This document shows, one piece after another, positions 48,183-57,929 of a DNA stretch of 64,000 nucleotides. The position numbers and the translations under genes are program-made. The DNA is from an uncultured Clostridia bacterium (GTDB lineage: Bacteria > Bacillota > Clostridia > TANB77 > CAG-508), in the NCBI GenBank assembly GCA_910589185.1, contig CAJUSU010000004.1, forward strand, positions 10,195 through 74,194, in the 5' to 3' direction. The first letter of the stretch is position 1, and the number at the start of each line of letters is the position of its first letter. The notes beneath the pieces are model-generated. The model made no database searches. It was not told the DNA's origin and worked only from the letters and a program-made list of their open reading frames with translations.

Positions 48183-48215
48183 AACAATATTACAACAATA
48201 TTACAACAATATTAC
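48183..48215. repeat. Three perfect tandem copies of the 11-mer AACAATATTAC upstream of the pil operon promoter
   Basis: Direct reading: aacaatattac aacaatattac aacaatattac. Located ~30-60 bp upstream of a TTGACT-16-TAAAAT promoter (48243-48270) and ~180 bp upstream of pilM. Confidence 0.7.
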
Positions 48216-48242
48216 ATTTATGTTAAAAAAAGGAAAATGATA

Positions 48243-48270
48243 TTGACTTTTCACTATAAACAGATAAAAT
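48243..48270 (+). promoter_or_regulatory. Putative sigma-A promoter of the type IV pilus operon
   Basis: TTGACT, 16-nt spacer, TAAAAT. Confidence 0.35.
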
Positions 48271-48392
48271 AAATACATAAAAATATGAAAAAGGTTATAT
48301 TTTGTAAAAAAATACAAAAAATTCAAGTATTTTTGTTGTTTTTTTGTAAAATCTAAGAGTAGAAAATTTTATTTTCAACGAAGGAGAAAAAG

Positions 48393-50036
48393 ATGGCAAG
48401 CTGTTTAGGATTATATATTGAATCAAATTTAATTAAATATGCAAAAGTGTCAAAAGATCGTGACATCTTGAGAATAGAATCGTTTGGAATAAAATTCTAT
48501 GATAGATTAGGAGATGCTATTAGACAGATTATAGCAGATACAGTTAGCTTTAAAGTACCAATTAGTGTTAATTTATCAGAAGAAGTTTATGATTATCTTT
48601 ATATGTTTAGCTTGTTAAATAAAAATGATTTAAGAAAAGCAATTGGCACAGAATTTGAAGCTATGTGCGCAGAAAAAAATGTTAATAGAAATGCTTTTGA
48701 AACAAGATATGCTTTAGCAAATAGTGTAGAAGATAAAGAAAAAGTTAAAGTAATTCATGTATCATCAAATAAAAATAGTATTAATACATTAGAACAGTCA
48801 CTTGGTGAATATAAAGCAACAACCATTTCACCAATAGGAATTACAATTGCAAATGTAGCAAACCTAAAAGAAAAAGAAAATGTAGTTATTATTAATATGC
48901 AAGAAAAGACTACTATTACAACAATTGTAGATCAAAAAATTTATAATGTAGAAACAATTGAAGAAGGCGCAAAGACAGTATTAGATAGTATTAACGCAAA
49001 AGAAAATTCGTATTCTAAAGCATATGAAATATGCAAAAATAGTACTATTTATACAATGGAAGGAAAAGAATTACAAGATGAAGAAAACGAATATCTAGAT
49101 GACATTATGCCTACTTTATATAAAATAGCGACAAAAGTACAAGAAAATTTAGCAGTACAAACAATCAAAGTAAATAAGATTTATATTACTGGTACATTAT
49201 CAGTTGTAAATAATATTGATTTATATTTCCAAGAATTTTTCCAAACGGAAAAATGTGAAATTATGAAACCATATTTCTTAAAAGATAGTATCAAAATCAA
49301 TATGAAAGATTATATTGAAGTAAATTCTGCTATTGCATTAGCACTACAAGGCCTAGGTTATGGCTTAAAAGATATGAACTTTAAGAAAAGAGATTGGAAA
49401 GATGACTTAGGAGAAATATTTTCTAAATCAGAATCTTCAGATGGCAAAAAGAAAAAGGGAGATGTATTAGGAAAGAGCATCAACTTATCAGGATTATTCA
49501 GATTTAATTTGGGAGAAAAACTAGATGGAGTAGAAAGATGGATGCTTAGAGTAGGAGGAGGAATACTTGCGCTAACAATTATTTACTCAGCATTTTCTAT
49601 TTTCATTGGTCATCAAATAAAAGCAAAAAATGATGAAGTCTCAGCAGTCAAAATGGATACACAAATGCAAATAGCAGCAGTAGATGGAGATATAAGCAAA
49701 ATAAGTCAAAAAACAAATGAATACAAACAATTATCAGATAATTTAAAAAACATTAGTGAACAAGCGGCTGAAAAAAGCAAAAGCAAGAAAACGATACCAA
49801 ACTTACTAAGCCAAATTATGTTTGCAATGCCACAAGGAGTACAAGTTACTTCTATTGACAATTCGAATTCAAGACATGTAGTAATTAATGCACAATCAGA
49901 GAAATATGAACAATTAGGTATTTTTAAAGCAATTTTAAAAACACAAGGAATTTTAGCACCAGATACAATTGTTTCATCATCAGGAACAAAGCAAGGTAAC
50001 GTTGTTCAAATTGTAATAGAAGGAGATTTGCCATGA
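48393..50036 (+). CDS. pilM: Type IV pilus assembly protein PilM fused to a PilN-like TM/periplasmic module
   Basis: Actin-like ATPase-fold N-terminus (LGLYIESNLIKYAKV), a TM helix at ~aa 385 (GILALTIIYSAFSIFIG), and a C-terminal PilN-like coiled region. Confidence 0.75.
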   Translation: MASCLGLYIESNLIKYAKVSKDRDILRIESFGIKFYDRLGDAIRQIIADTVSFKVPISVNLSEEVYDYLYMFSLLNKNDLRKAIGTEFEAMCAEKNVNRNAFETRYALANSVEDKEKVKVIHVSSNKNSINTLEQSLGEYKATTISPIGITIANVANLKEKENVVIINMQEKTTITTIVDQKIYNVETIEEGAKTVLDSINAKENSYSKAYEICKNSTIYTMEGKELQDEENEYLDDIMPTLYKIATKVQENLAVQTIKVNKIYITGTLSVVNNIDLYFQEFFQTEKCEIMKPYFLKDSIKINMKDYIEVNSAIALALQGLGYGLKDMNFKKRDWKDDLGEIFSKSESSDGKKKKGDVLGKSINLSGLFRFNLGEKLDGVERWMLRVGGGILALTIIYSAFSIFIGHQIKAKNDEVSAVKMDTQMQIAAVDGDISKISQKTNEYKQLSDNLKNISEQAAEKSKSKKTIPNLLSQIMFAMPQGVQVTSIDNSNSRHVVINAQSEKYEQLGIFKAILKTQGILAPDTIVSSSGTKQGNVVQIVIEGDLP

Positions 50037-50722
50037 AAAAGATTTTAATTATACTTTTAATTATATTGCTTATTACTTTGTCATATTTCGCAATATTTAA
50101 AGGAATCTCATTAGGAAATTTTGAAGTACTTAGTGTAGAAAGAATCCAAGAAGAAAATGACAGGTTAACACAAGAAATAGAACAAACAGAAAAACTAATA
50201 CACAGTGATTACATTCAAAAAACAGATGAATTACAAAGCAGTGTTGATAGTTTAATGAATGCTAAAGACGAATATGTAGAGTTAGCAAATGTTAGTTCAG
50301 ATAAAGATTTAATAAATGCAAGTAAACAAGAAATTTATAAAATTGAATACATTTGGACTAGAATAGGAAGCCATGCAACTAGTGAAGGAGTAGAACTAAA
50401 ATTAGATATTACAGCTGGTGAAACAGGAGAACAAGAAAGCAAAAACTTACTATTTACTGTAACAGGTAACTATATAGCAGTTATCAATTTCGTATTATCT
50501 ATTGAAGATGATAGTCAATTAGGATTTAGAATAGAAAACTTTAAAATCCTTCCAGGTTCTGGAGAAAATGGTAGACAAGCTACTTTTACAGTAAGAAATG
50601 TTAGAATAAAACAAGAAAATGCTACCTCTGCTGTATCAACAGACACAAGTACTCCAGATGCACAACAAGCAACAGATACAACAGACCAAACAGGAACTAC
50701 AGATACAAACACAGCTCAATAA
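50033..50722 (+). CDS. pilO: PilO-like pilus assembly protein
   Basis: N-terminal TM, coiled coil, and a C-terminal domain with a T/D/Q-rich tail; positioned after pilMN. Confidence 0.6.
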   Translation: MKKILIILLIILLITLSYFAIFKGISLGNFEVLSVERIQEENDRLTQEIEQTEKLIHSDYIQKTDELQSSVDSLMNAKDEYVELANVSSDKDLINASKQEIYKIEYIWTRIGSHATSEGVELKLDITAGETGEQESKNLLFTVTGNYIAVINFVLSIEDDSQLGFRIENFKILPGSGENGRQATFTVRNVRIKQENATSAVSTDTSTPDAQQATDTTDQTGTTDTNTAQ

Positions 50723-50760
50723 GGATAAGCATAAATTTTTAGAAAGGAGATACACAAGTT

Positions 50761-51177
50761 TTGAGAGCAATTAAATCAATTTTTAAAGAAATATGTATTA
50801 TGATTTTATTATGTGTTGCAATTGTACTTGTTTTGGGAGTTATCTTTTATGATTCTCTACCACAAAACAAAGTAGTACCTAATAAATTAGAAGCATATAA
50901 AACAAATCAAGAAGTAGAAAATGAAATAAATGAAGAAGTTGCAGCAATGAATAAGGTAGAAGTAACTTATGAAATTAAAGGTTCAGACCTTACTTTATAT
51001 AAACAAACTAATAGTTACAAACCAGGAAAACCAGATCCATTTTCTGCAAGTATAAGTACAAATACATCAAATCCAAACGGTGGCAGCGTAAACAATACTG
51101 GCAATAATGCCGGAGGAAATGCCACAACTGACCCTAATTCAACAGGAACTTTCTTTAATAATACAGGGCACAAATAA
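50761..51177 (+). CDS. Small membrane-anchored protein with a G/N/S/T-rich tail (pilus-associated, unknown)
   Basis: TTG start, N-terminal TM, low-complexity C-terminus; lies between pilO and pilA. Confidence 0.45.
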   Translation: MRAIKSIFKEICIMILLCVAIVLVLGVIFYDSLPQNKVVPNKLEAYKTNQEVENEINEEVAAMNKVEVTYEIKGSDLTLYKQTNSYKPGKPDPFSASISTNTSNPNGGSVNNTGNNAGGNATTDPNSTGTFFNNTGHK

Positions 51178-51248
51178 TTTTCGGTTATATTTATTTAAAT
51201 AAATATAAAATATAACAAAACAATTCTAAAGAGAAAGGAGTAAAAAAC

Positions 51249-51710
51249 ATGAGAAACCAAAAGAATGAAAGAGGTATCACTTTAGTTGCATTAGTTGTTA
51301 CTATTGTTGTTCTATTAATCTTAGCTGGTATTACAATCATGTACGTAATGTCAGGCAATGGAGTATTTGGAAAAGCACAACAAGCTAAAACTGAAACAAA
51401 TAAAGCATTAGTAAAAGATGCTGTTTCTGTAACATTAGGTGACTTATATGCTGAAATCTATGCACCAACAGCTGACAAAACTTTAACTGATGTTTTCAAA
51501 TCTGATCTTCCAAGTAATATGCATATTGTTGATGCATCAGGTAATGCAGATGCAAGTTTCGCAATTCCAGCAGCTAGTACAGCAAGCGAATTAACAATCA
51601 ATTGCTATATTAAGTATGATGTTGACGGATTAATTTACAAAGTAGATTATTCTAAAGAAGCATTCACAGTTGGAGATGGACAAAAAGCAACAACAACACC
51701 AGGAGCATAA
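51249..51710 (+). CDS. pilA: Type IV pilin (probable major pilin)
   Basis: Class III signal and pilin helix MRNQKNERG|ITLVALVVTIVVLLILAGITIMY; 153 aa; strong RBS AAAGGAG. Confidence 0.85.
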   Translation: MRNQKNERGITLVALVVTIVVLLILAGITIMYVMSGNGVFGKAQQAKTETNKALVKDAVSVTLGDLYAEIYAPTADKTLTDVFKSDLPSNMHIVDASGNADASFAIPAASTASELTINCYIKYDVDGLIYKVDYSKEAFTVGDGQKATTTPGA

Positions 51711-51804
51711 TTTAAACTTTTATCAAGATAAAAGCAAAAGGGCATATGCAGCATTGTATATGCCTCGACTTTTATCAGTCACTAAAATAGGCAGGAGAAA
51801 ACAA

Positions 51805-52614
51805 ATGACGACAATTGATACAATTGTATATATTGCTTTATTTTGCATAGGAACTTTATTTGGTAGCTTTTTTACACTAGCAGTTTACCGTATTCCATTA
51901 AAAAAAGATATTACTCATGAACGTTCCTTTTGCCCAAATTGTAATCATAAGTTGACCTTTTTAGATATGATACCAATTCTAAGTTATATCTGTTTAGGAG
52001 GGAAATGTAGATACTGTAAACAAAAGATTAGACCAAGATATTTATTATTAGAAATCTTATCTGGTATAGTTTTTGTTTTGTTTGCCATATCTATCAAACT
52101 AGATGTGTTAGAAAGTTCATTATCTACAATGGTCTATTTTGTTTTTGGACTTTTATATTTAGCAACTTTATTCATTATAGCAGGAATTGATAAAGAAAAA
52201 ATTCAAATAGAAAAATCTGTATTGCTATTTGGATATATTGTAGAAGCACTATATATAGTATATCTTTATATAGTAGAAAAAGACCCTAATATATATAGAT
52301 ATGTTATATATTTAGCTATTATTTGCATCTTAGTAGTATTAGATACTGTTATCTTAAGAAAGAAAGCAAAAAATAGCTATCCAATAGATATATTACTGCT
52401 TTGTATGTTTGTTCTTACCTTTACTTATCCAGCAGTTAGTTTTCTAAGTATACTAATGACTCTATTAACGATTGTATTTTATATGTTAGTACAAAAGATT
52501 TGCAACAAACAAGCAAAGAATATGAAAGTAAGTAATAAATTGCCAATTGGTTTCTTCTTATGCATGTCAAATGCCATAATGTTATTAATTACCAATTTTT
52601 ATATTTTCAAGTAA
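51805..52614 (+). CDS. pilD: Prepilin peptidase (A24 family)
   Basis: Zinc-binding CPNC...CRYC motif and polytopic membrane topology. Start chosen at ATG 51805 with RBS AGGAGA; the track start at 51670 would overlap pilA. Confidence 0.85.
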   Translation: MTTIDTIVYIALFCIGTLFGSFFTLAVYRIPLKKDITHERSFCPNCNHKLTFLDMIPILSYICLGGKCRYCKQKIRPRYLLLEILSGIVFVLFAISIKLDVLESSLSTMVYFVFGLLYLATLFIIAGIDKEKIQIEKSVLLFGYIVEALYIVYLYIVEKDPNIYRYVIYLAIICILVVLDTVILRKKAKNSYPIDILLLCMFVLTFTYPAVSFLSILMTLLTIVFYMLVQKICNKQAKNMKVSNKLPIGFFLCMSNAIMLLITNFYIFK

Positions 52615-52626
52615 GAGGGAGATGCT

Positions 52627-53028
52627 ATGAAAAAAATTGTGAAAAATCTAAAATCAAATAAAGGTTTTACAATGCAAGACGTTATTATAGCCATTGCTAT
52701 TTTAACTCTGTTTGCGGGAACAATTGCAGGTTCTTATTTAGCAATTTATAAAATACAAGCTGAAACACAAATAACAGCAGTAGCAACACTATATGGCATT
52801 CAAATTTTAGAAAACATTGATCGAATAGCTTACGAAGATGTAAAAAATGGAATGGAAGATACGTATAAGCAAGCATATGGAATTTCAGACCAGATGGGTT
52901 TAAGAATAGAAGTAAGTCAATATGATAGTGAAAATACCATAAAAATGGTAAAACTCACACTTTCTTATCAAGTAGCAGGCAATAAAGAAGATTTAGTATT
53001 AGAAAAATTAAAAGTAAAAGAATTATAG
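52627..53028 (+). CDS. Minor pilin / pseudopilin
   Basis: Prepilin-type N-terminus KGFTMQDVIIAIAILTLF. Confidence 0.7.
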   Translation: MKKIVKNLKSNKGFTMQDVIIAIAILTLFAGTIAGSYLAIYKIQAETQITAVATLYGIQILENIDRIAYEDVKNGMEDTYKQAYGISDQMGLRIEVSQYDSENTIKMVKLTLSYQVAGNKEDLVLEKLKVKEL

Positions 53029-53037
53029 GGGGAAAGA

Positions 53038-53475
53038 ATGAAATCAGAAAGAGGTATTACTTTAACTTCATTAATTATATATGTGGTAATAACTACTATT
53101 GCAGTTACTGCTATTGCAGCATTTTCTTCCTTTTTTGTATCTAATATGAACGAAGTAAAAGAACAGGAAAAATATGCACCAGAATTTAATAAATTTAGTA
53201 TGTTTTTTATAGGAGATGTAAAAAATAATAAAACAGCAGAAGTAACAACAAATCAAGTAACCTTTGAAGATGGAACAGTATATCAATATAGACAAAGTGA
53301 GAAAGCAGTTTATAGAAATTCTACAAAAATAACAGAAAAAGTAGATAGTTTTAGTTTTTCTTTAACAGAGGAAGAAGTATCAAGTACTAATAAACAAATT
53401 ATCAATGTGAAAATGTCTATTGGAGGAAAAGTCAATTTAAAAAGTGGAATAGACTATACGCTAAGATATTGGTAA
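53038..53475 (+). CDS. Minor pilin / pseudopilin
   Basis: Prepilin-type N-terminus ERGITLTSLIIYVVITTIAV. Confidence 0.7.
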   Translation: MKSERGITLTSLIIYVVITTIAVTAIAAFSSFFVSNMNEVKEQEKYAPEFNKFSMFFIGDVKNNKTAEVTTNQVTFEDGTVYQYRQSEKAVYRNSTKITEKVDSFSFSLTEEEVSSTNKQIINVKMSIGGKVNLKSGIDYTLRYW

Positions 53476-53569
53476 ATTCTTGTAAATAGATGAAAAATAT
53501 GTTGTATTTTAAAAAAATATAGTATAATAAAAGCAGAAAATTTTGTCACAAAAGAGAAAGGAGAAACTT

Positions 53570-55189
53570 ATGGGAAAACAACCATTGGGAATTGAACTTG
53601 TAAAAAGAGGAGTAGTATCAGAAGCAGATATTGAAAAAGCATTAGATTATCAAAAGTCACATCCAAATAAAAAGATGGGAGATATTTTAAATATCTTAGA
53701 GCTTTGTGATCCACATATTTTAATTAATGCTATTGGAAGCATTTTGGACGAGAATGCTATTCTACTACAAGAACAAGATGTTAAGATTAATATACTAGAA
53801 TATATTTCTTTAGATATTGCAAAACAAAACAAAGCAATACCATTTGACATTGAACAAGGAAAAATTAAAGTATGTTTTGCAGATACATCTAATAAAAAAT
53901 CTGTTGAGGTAGTAAGACTACTATTATTAAATAAAGGTCTTATTATGGAAAAATATATTACTTTTGAAACTAACATCAATTATCTTTTAGGAACATTAGA
54001 AGGAACTGCTACTGAAAATATTAACACAAACGCAGACGTTTCGGGATTGGTAGATACTATTATTAAAACTGCTATGGAAAAAAGAGCTAGTGATATTCAT
54101 ATAGAACCATTAGAGAATACAGTAAGAGTTCGTTACAGAATTGATGGTCAGTTAATGACAGCAGTTAATATTGAAAAAGAGAAACAAGCACAAATTATAG
54201 GAAGATTAAAGGCTATTTCTAATATGCATCAGGAAAAACAAGAATCACAAGATGGTAGAATCTTGCTTTATCCAGACTATAATATCCGTGTATCTTCACA
54301 AAAGAATGTATATGGAGAGAAGTTTGTACTAAGACTTTTAAAGAAAAATGGAAATGTAAAAGAAATATTTGAATTAGGTTTTCCAAGAGATGAAGAATTA
54401 GTCAATAAATGCTTTAATAAAAAGAACTGTATTACAGTTGTTGCAGCACCTACTGGAGAAGGTAAAACAACAACACTTTATAGTATTATTGATTACCTAA
54501 ATAAACCAGAAATCAATATTACAACAATTGAAGACCCTGTAGAAATTAGAATTAATGGTTTAAATCAAATTGAAATAGACAATAAGGCATCTTTCTCAGA
54601 TTCTTTAAGAACTGTATTAAGACAAGATCCAGATATTATCTTAGTAGGAGAAATTCGTGATAAAGAAACAGCTGAAATTGCAATGCAAGCTGGACAGACA
54701 GGACATTATGTATTATCAACTATCCACACAATTGATAGTGTTGAAGTTATTACAAGACTTAGAAAGATAGGTATTTCAAATTATGATATTGCAAGTATCC
54801 TAGCTACATCACTTTCTCAAAGATTAGTTAGAAGAATTTGCCCACACTGTGCACAAGAAAGAGACTTTACAGAGCAAGAAAAACAAGTTATTAGAGAAAT
54901 CGGTGAAAAATATGGAAAGACATTTGACTTAGAAGGAAAGAAAACTTACGAGGCAATAGGATGTAAACGTTGTAATAATACAGGATATTATGAGAGAATT
55001 GCTATTTTTGAAATCCTTTTAGTAAATGATGAGATTAAAGAATTAATCACTAAGGATGCTTCTAGTTTTGAAATTAGAAAGAAAGCACTAGAAACAGGTT
55101 ATGAACCATTTATTATAGACGGTATTCGCAAAGTATTAGATGGTGTAACTACTTTAAGCGAATTAAATAGTAAATTGATTATTTATTAA
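53570..55189 (+). CDS. pilB: Type IV pilus assembly ATPase PilB (GspE family)
   Basis: Walker A VVAAPTGEGKTTT, and the GspE tetracysteine motif CPHC...CKRC. Start at ATG 53570 after RBS AAGGAGAAA. Confidence 0.85.
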   Translation: MGKQPLGIELVKRGVVSEADIEKALDYQKSHPNKKMGDILNILELCDPHILINAIGSILDENAILLQEQDVKINILEYISLDIAKQNKAIPFDIEQGKIKVCFADTSNKKSVEVVRLLLLNKGLIMEKYITFETNINYLLGTLEGTATENINTNADVSGLVDTIIKTAMEKRASDIHIEPLENTVRVRYRIDGQLMTAVNIEKEKQAQIIGRLKAISNMHQEKQESQDGRILLYPDYNIRVSSQKNVYGEKFVLRLLKKNGNVKEIFELGFPRDEELVNKCFNKKNCITVVAAPTGEGKTTTLYSIIDYLNKPEINITTIEDPVEIRINGLNQIEIDNKASFSDSLRTVLRQDPDIILVGEIRDKETAEIAMQAGQTGHYVLSTIHTIDSVEVITRLRKIGISNYDIASILATSLSQRLVRRICPHCAQERDFTEQEKQVIREIGEKYGKTFDLEGKKTYEAIGCKRCNNTGYYERIAIFEILLVNDEIKELITKDASSFEIRKKALETGYEPFIIDGIRKVLDGVTTLSELNSKLIIY

Positions 55190-55204
55190 ACAAAGGAGGA
55201 AATT

Positions 55205-56341
55205 ATGATAGATATAGACAAAATCATCACTATTGCTAAGGAAAAAGATGCATCAGATGTTCACTTGATTTTTGCCAATAAACCAATTTTGAGAATTAGA
55301 AGAGATTTAGTGGAAATAGAAGAATTTGATCCATTAAATGAAGATGACATGATGGATATTTATGACTATTTTGTAAGAGGAAATGTAGATAAAGATGAAG
55401 TATACAAAAAAAATAAAAACTTAGATTCTTCTTATGAATTAAATGGAATTAGATTAAGAGTAAATATTTCTACATCAGATGATATTCCAACAGTAGTATT
55501 AAGATTAATCAAAAATGAATTGCCTAAATATGAAGACTTAGGTGTACCAGATATTGTAAGACGTATGATGGATCAACCACAAGGACTTATTCTAGTTACA
55601 GGTAAGACAAACTCTGGTAAAACTACTACTTTAAATGCTTTAATTAATCAAATTAACGAAAACAAAAATAAGAAAATTCTTACACTAGAAAGCCCAGTAG
55701 AGTTTAAACATACTTCTAAAAAATCAGTAATTGTACAAAAAGAGGTTGGTGTAGGAAGAGATTGTCCAAACTATAGTGAAGGAGTTAAAAACTCTTTAAG
55801 AGAAGACTGCGATATCTTAATCATTGGTGAGATTCGTGATAAAGAAACAATGGAAGCAGCCATTGAAACAGCAGAAGCAGGACATTTGGTTATAGGAACA
55901 TTACATACCAAATCTTGTGCTGAAACTATTGACAGAATGATAAACTTCTATGATGTTAGAGATCAACAAACAATTAAATACTTAATTGCATCTTTATTAA
56001 AACTGGTTGTATCTCAAAGGCTTTTAAAAGGAAGAGATGATTCCTTAGTTTTAGTTCCAGAGGTTATGGTAGTAGATAATATCATTGCAGGTATTATTCG
56101 TAAAGATAAAATTACGGTTTCCGAAATTGAAGATGCTATTCAAAGTGCGTCAGACAAAGGAAGCATTGGATTAATTAATTCTTTAGCAGAATTATTTGTA
56201 AATGATAGAATTACATTAGAACAAGCAAAAGCACAAATTGAAGAAAAGAATATTGAAATTTTAAACAGAACAATTATGCAATTAAAGATTAAAAGAGATA
56301 ATCAAAAGAAAGCAGCAGCTAATCAACAAGCAGGTATGTAG
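55205..56341 (+). CDS. pilT: Twitching-motility retraction ATPase PilT
   Basis: ASDVHL N-terminal motif, Walker A GKTNSGKTTT, ~380 aa PilT-size. Confidence 0.85.
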   Translation: MIDIDKIITIAKEKDASDVHLIFANKPILRIRRDLVEIEEFDPLNEDDMMDIYDYFVRGNVDKDEVYKKNKNLDSSYELNGIRLRVNISTSDDIPTVVLRLIKNELPKYEDLGVPDIVRRMMDQPQGLILVTGKTNSGKTTTLNALINQINENKNKKILTLESPVEFKHTSKKSVIVQKEVGVGRDCPNYSEGVKNSLREDCDILIIGEIRDKETMEAAIETAEAGHLVIGTLHTKSCAETIDRMINFYDVRDQQTIKYLIASLLKLVVSQRLLKGRDDSLVLVPEVMVVDNIIAGIIRKDKITVSEIEDAIQSASDKGSIGLINSLAELFVNDRITLEQAKAQIEEKNIEILNRTIMQLKIKRDNQKKAAANQQAGM

Positions 56342-56370
56342 CCGAATAAAGAGAAAAGGAGGAGGGAAAG

Positions 56371-57732
56371 TTGCCAGAGTACGTATATAAAGCAGTGACA
56401 AAACAGGGCCAAATTGTAAAAAATAGGGTAGAAGAATCCAGCAAAAATAACTTAGTCAAGAAATTAAAACACAATGATTTATTGCCTATTGAAGTTGTAC
56501 AAGTTGGCTTAAGAAGTAAGAATGGACGTGTTAACAAAAGAAATGTTATCGATATTGATGATGTTATGAAAACTGCTAACTCAGCCAATGTATTACAAGG
56601 TAGAACTACAGCGAAATTAAGTAATAGAGAAAAATTAAGCATTGCCTTATCAGCAGGTCAAAAAATCAGAATGAGAGACATCATTATATTTACACAGAAT
56701 TTTTACTTACTAAAAAAGGCAGGTTTTAACAACATTCATGCTTTAAGTACTATTATTAACAGTACAGATAATTTATCTTTTAGGGGAGTACTAGAAGATA
56801 TCTTAGCAGGAGTAGAAGCGGGAGAATATATGTATACCACAATGGAATATTATTCTAATATTTTCCCATATATCTATATTAACATGATAAAAGTAGGGGA
56901 ACTTTCAGGATCTCTTACAAAATCATTATCACAAGCAGTACGATATCTAGATGAAACCACTACAAGAAATAAAAAGATTAAAAGTATCTTAATACCAAAT
57001 ATTACACAGTTTGTGGCTATTTTCATTTTATTAATTGTAGGAACTATTTTCGTATTGCCAGCAATTCAAGATGTATTTGAATCCATGGGATCAAATGTAG
57101 AATTGCCAGAAATTACACAAAAGTTCATGCATTTTATTGATTGGATAAAGATATATTGGTATGTACCAGTAGGAATTTTAACAATTATCGTTTTATCAAT
57201 TGTAAGCTATATCAATACACCAAAAGGAAAATACAATTGGCATTACTTTAAATATAAAGCACCAGTCTTTGGTAGATTAATTTTCGGAATTGATTTTTCA
57301 AGATTAATGAGAGCGATGCTTTTAAACTTACAAAATGGTATGAGAATTCAAGATTCTCTAGAAGTTAGTAAATCAGTTGTCAAAAATTATGTAATGCTAT
57401 CCATTGTAGAAACATCTATTAACAACATTTTAATCGGTGCATCTTGGATAGAACCTTTTGAAAATTCAGGTTTATGTAAGTCAATGGAAATCGAAATGCT
57501 AAAAATAGGTATGCAGACTGACTTACCAGAAATGATGGAAAAATTATTAGACTATATGGACCAAGATATCAACGAAAGCTTAAACAAGCTAATGAAGGTA
57601 TTACCAGAAATTTCATACGCATTTGTTGGAATTCTATTAATCTTCTTAGTAGTTGTAGTACTTGTACCATGTATCCAATTATACATGGGTAACTGGTTAA
57701 TTGATGCATATCAAAATCAAGGCGTTATTTAA
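56371..57732 (+). CDS. pilC: Type IV pilus platform protein PilC (GspF family)
   Basis: Duplicated GspF domains with 3 TM segments; TTG start. Confidence 0.8.
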   Translation: MPEYVYKAVTKQGQIVKNRVEESSKNNLVKKLKHNDLLPIEVVQVGLRSKNGRVNKRNVIDIDDVMKTANSANVLQGRTTAKLSNREKLSIALSAGQKIRMRDIIIFTQNFYLLKKAGFNNIHALSTIINSTDNLSFRGVLEDILAGVEAGEYMYTTMEYYSNIFPYIYINMIKVGELSGSLTKSLSQAVRYLDETTTRNKKIKSILIPNITQFVAIFILLIVGTIFVLPAIQDVFESMGSNVELPEITQKFMHFIDWIKIYWYVPVGILTIIVLSIVSYINTPKGKYNWHYFKYKAPVFGRLIFGIDFSRLMRAMLLNLQNGMRIQDSLEVSKSVVKNYVMLSIVETSINNILIGASWIEPFENSGLCKSMEIEMLKIGMQTDLPEMMEKLLDYMDQDINESLNKLMKVLPEISYAFVGILLIFLVVVVLVPCIQLYMGNWLIDAYQNQGVI

Positions 57733-57754
57733 TAAAAATTAATTGAAAAGAATT

Positions 57755-57810
57755 AAAAAACATCTATAACATCATTTGCTCAGACAGCACTTGTGTTATA
57801 GATGTTTTTT
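57755..57810. terminator. Long-stem bidirectional terminator after pilC
   Basis: AAAAAACATCTATAACA ...22 nt... TGTTATAGATGTTTTTT. Confidence 0.7.
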
Positions 57811-57929
57811 ATTGTAAATAAAATTTTAAACAAAAACTCCTTAAGAAATCATAAAAAAGGTAGAAATAAATCGAAAAAAGGTGTAAGATAAAACAGTAAA
57901 CAAATGAACTAAGAAATGGAGCAATTAAC

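Noticed and set aside
51180-51248. c-di-GMP riboswitch upstream of pilA or pilM, as in C. difficile pilA1
   Set aside because: The 5' regions are short or extremely AT-rich and lack the GC-rich conserved cores of GEMM-I/II.
51670-51804. Track start of pilD at 51670 overlapping pilA
   Set aside because: The A24 peptidase homology begins near MTTIDTIVYIALF, and ATG 51805 has an AGGAGA RBS. The 45-codon extension overlaps the pilin gene.
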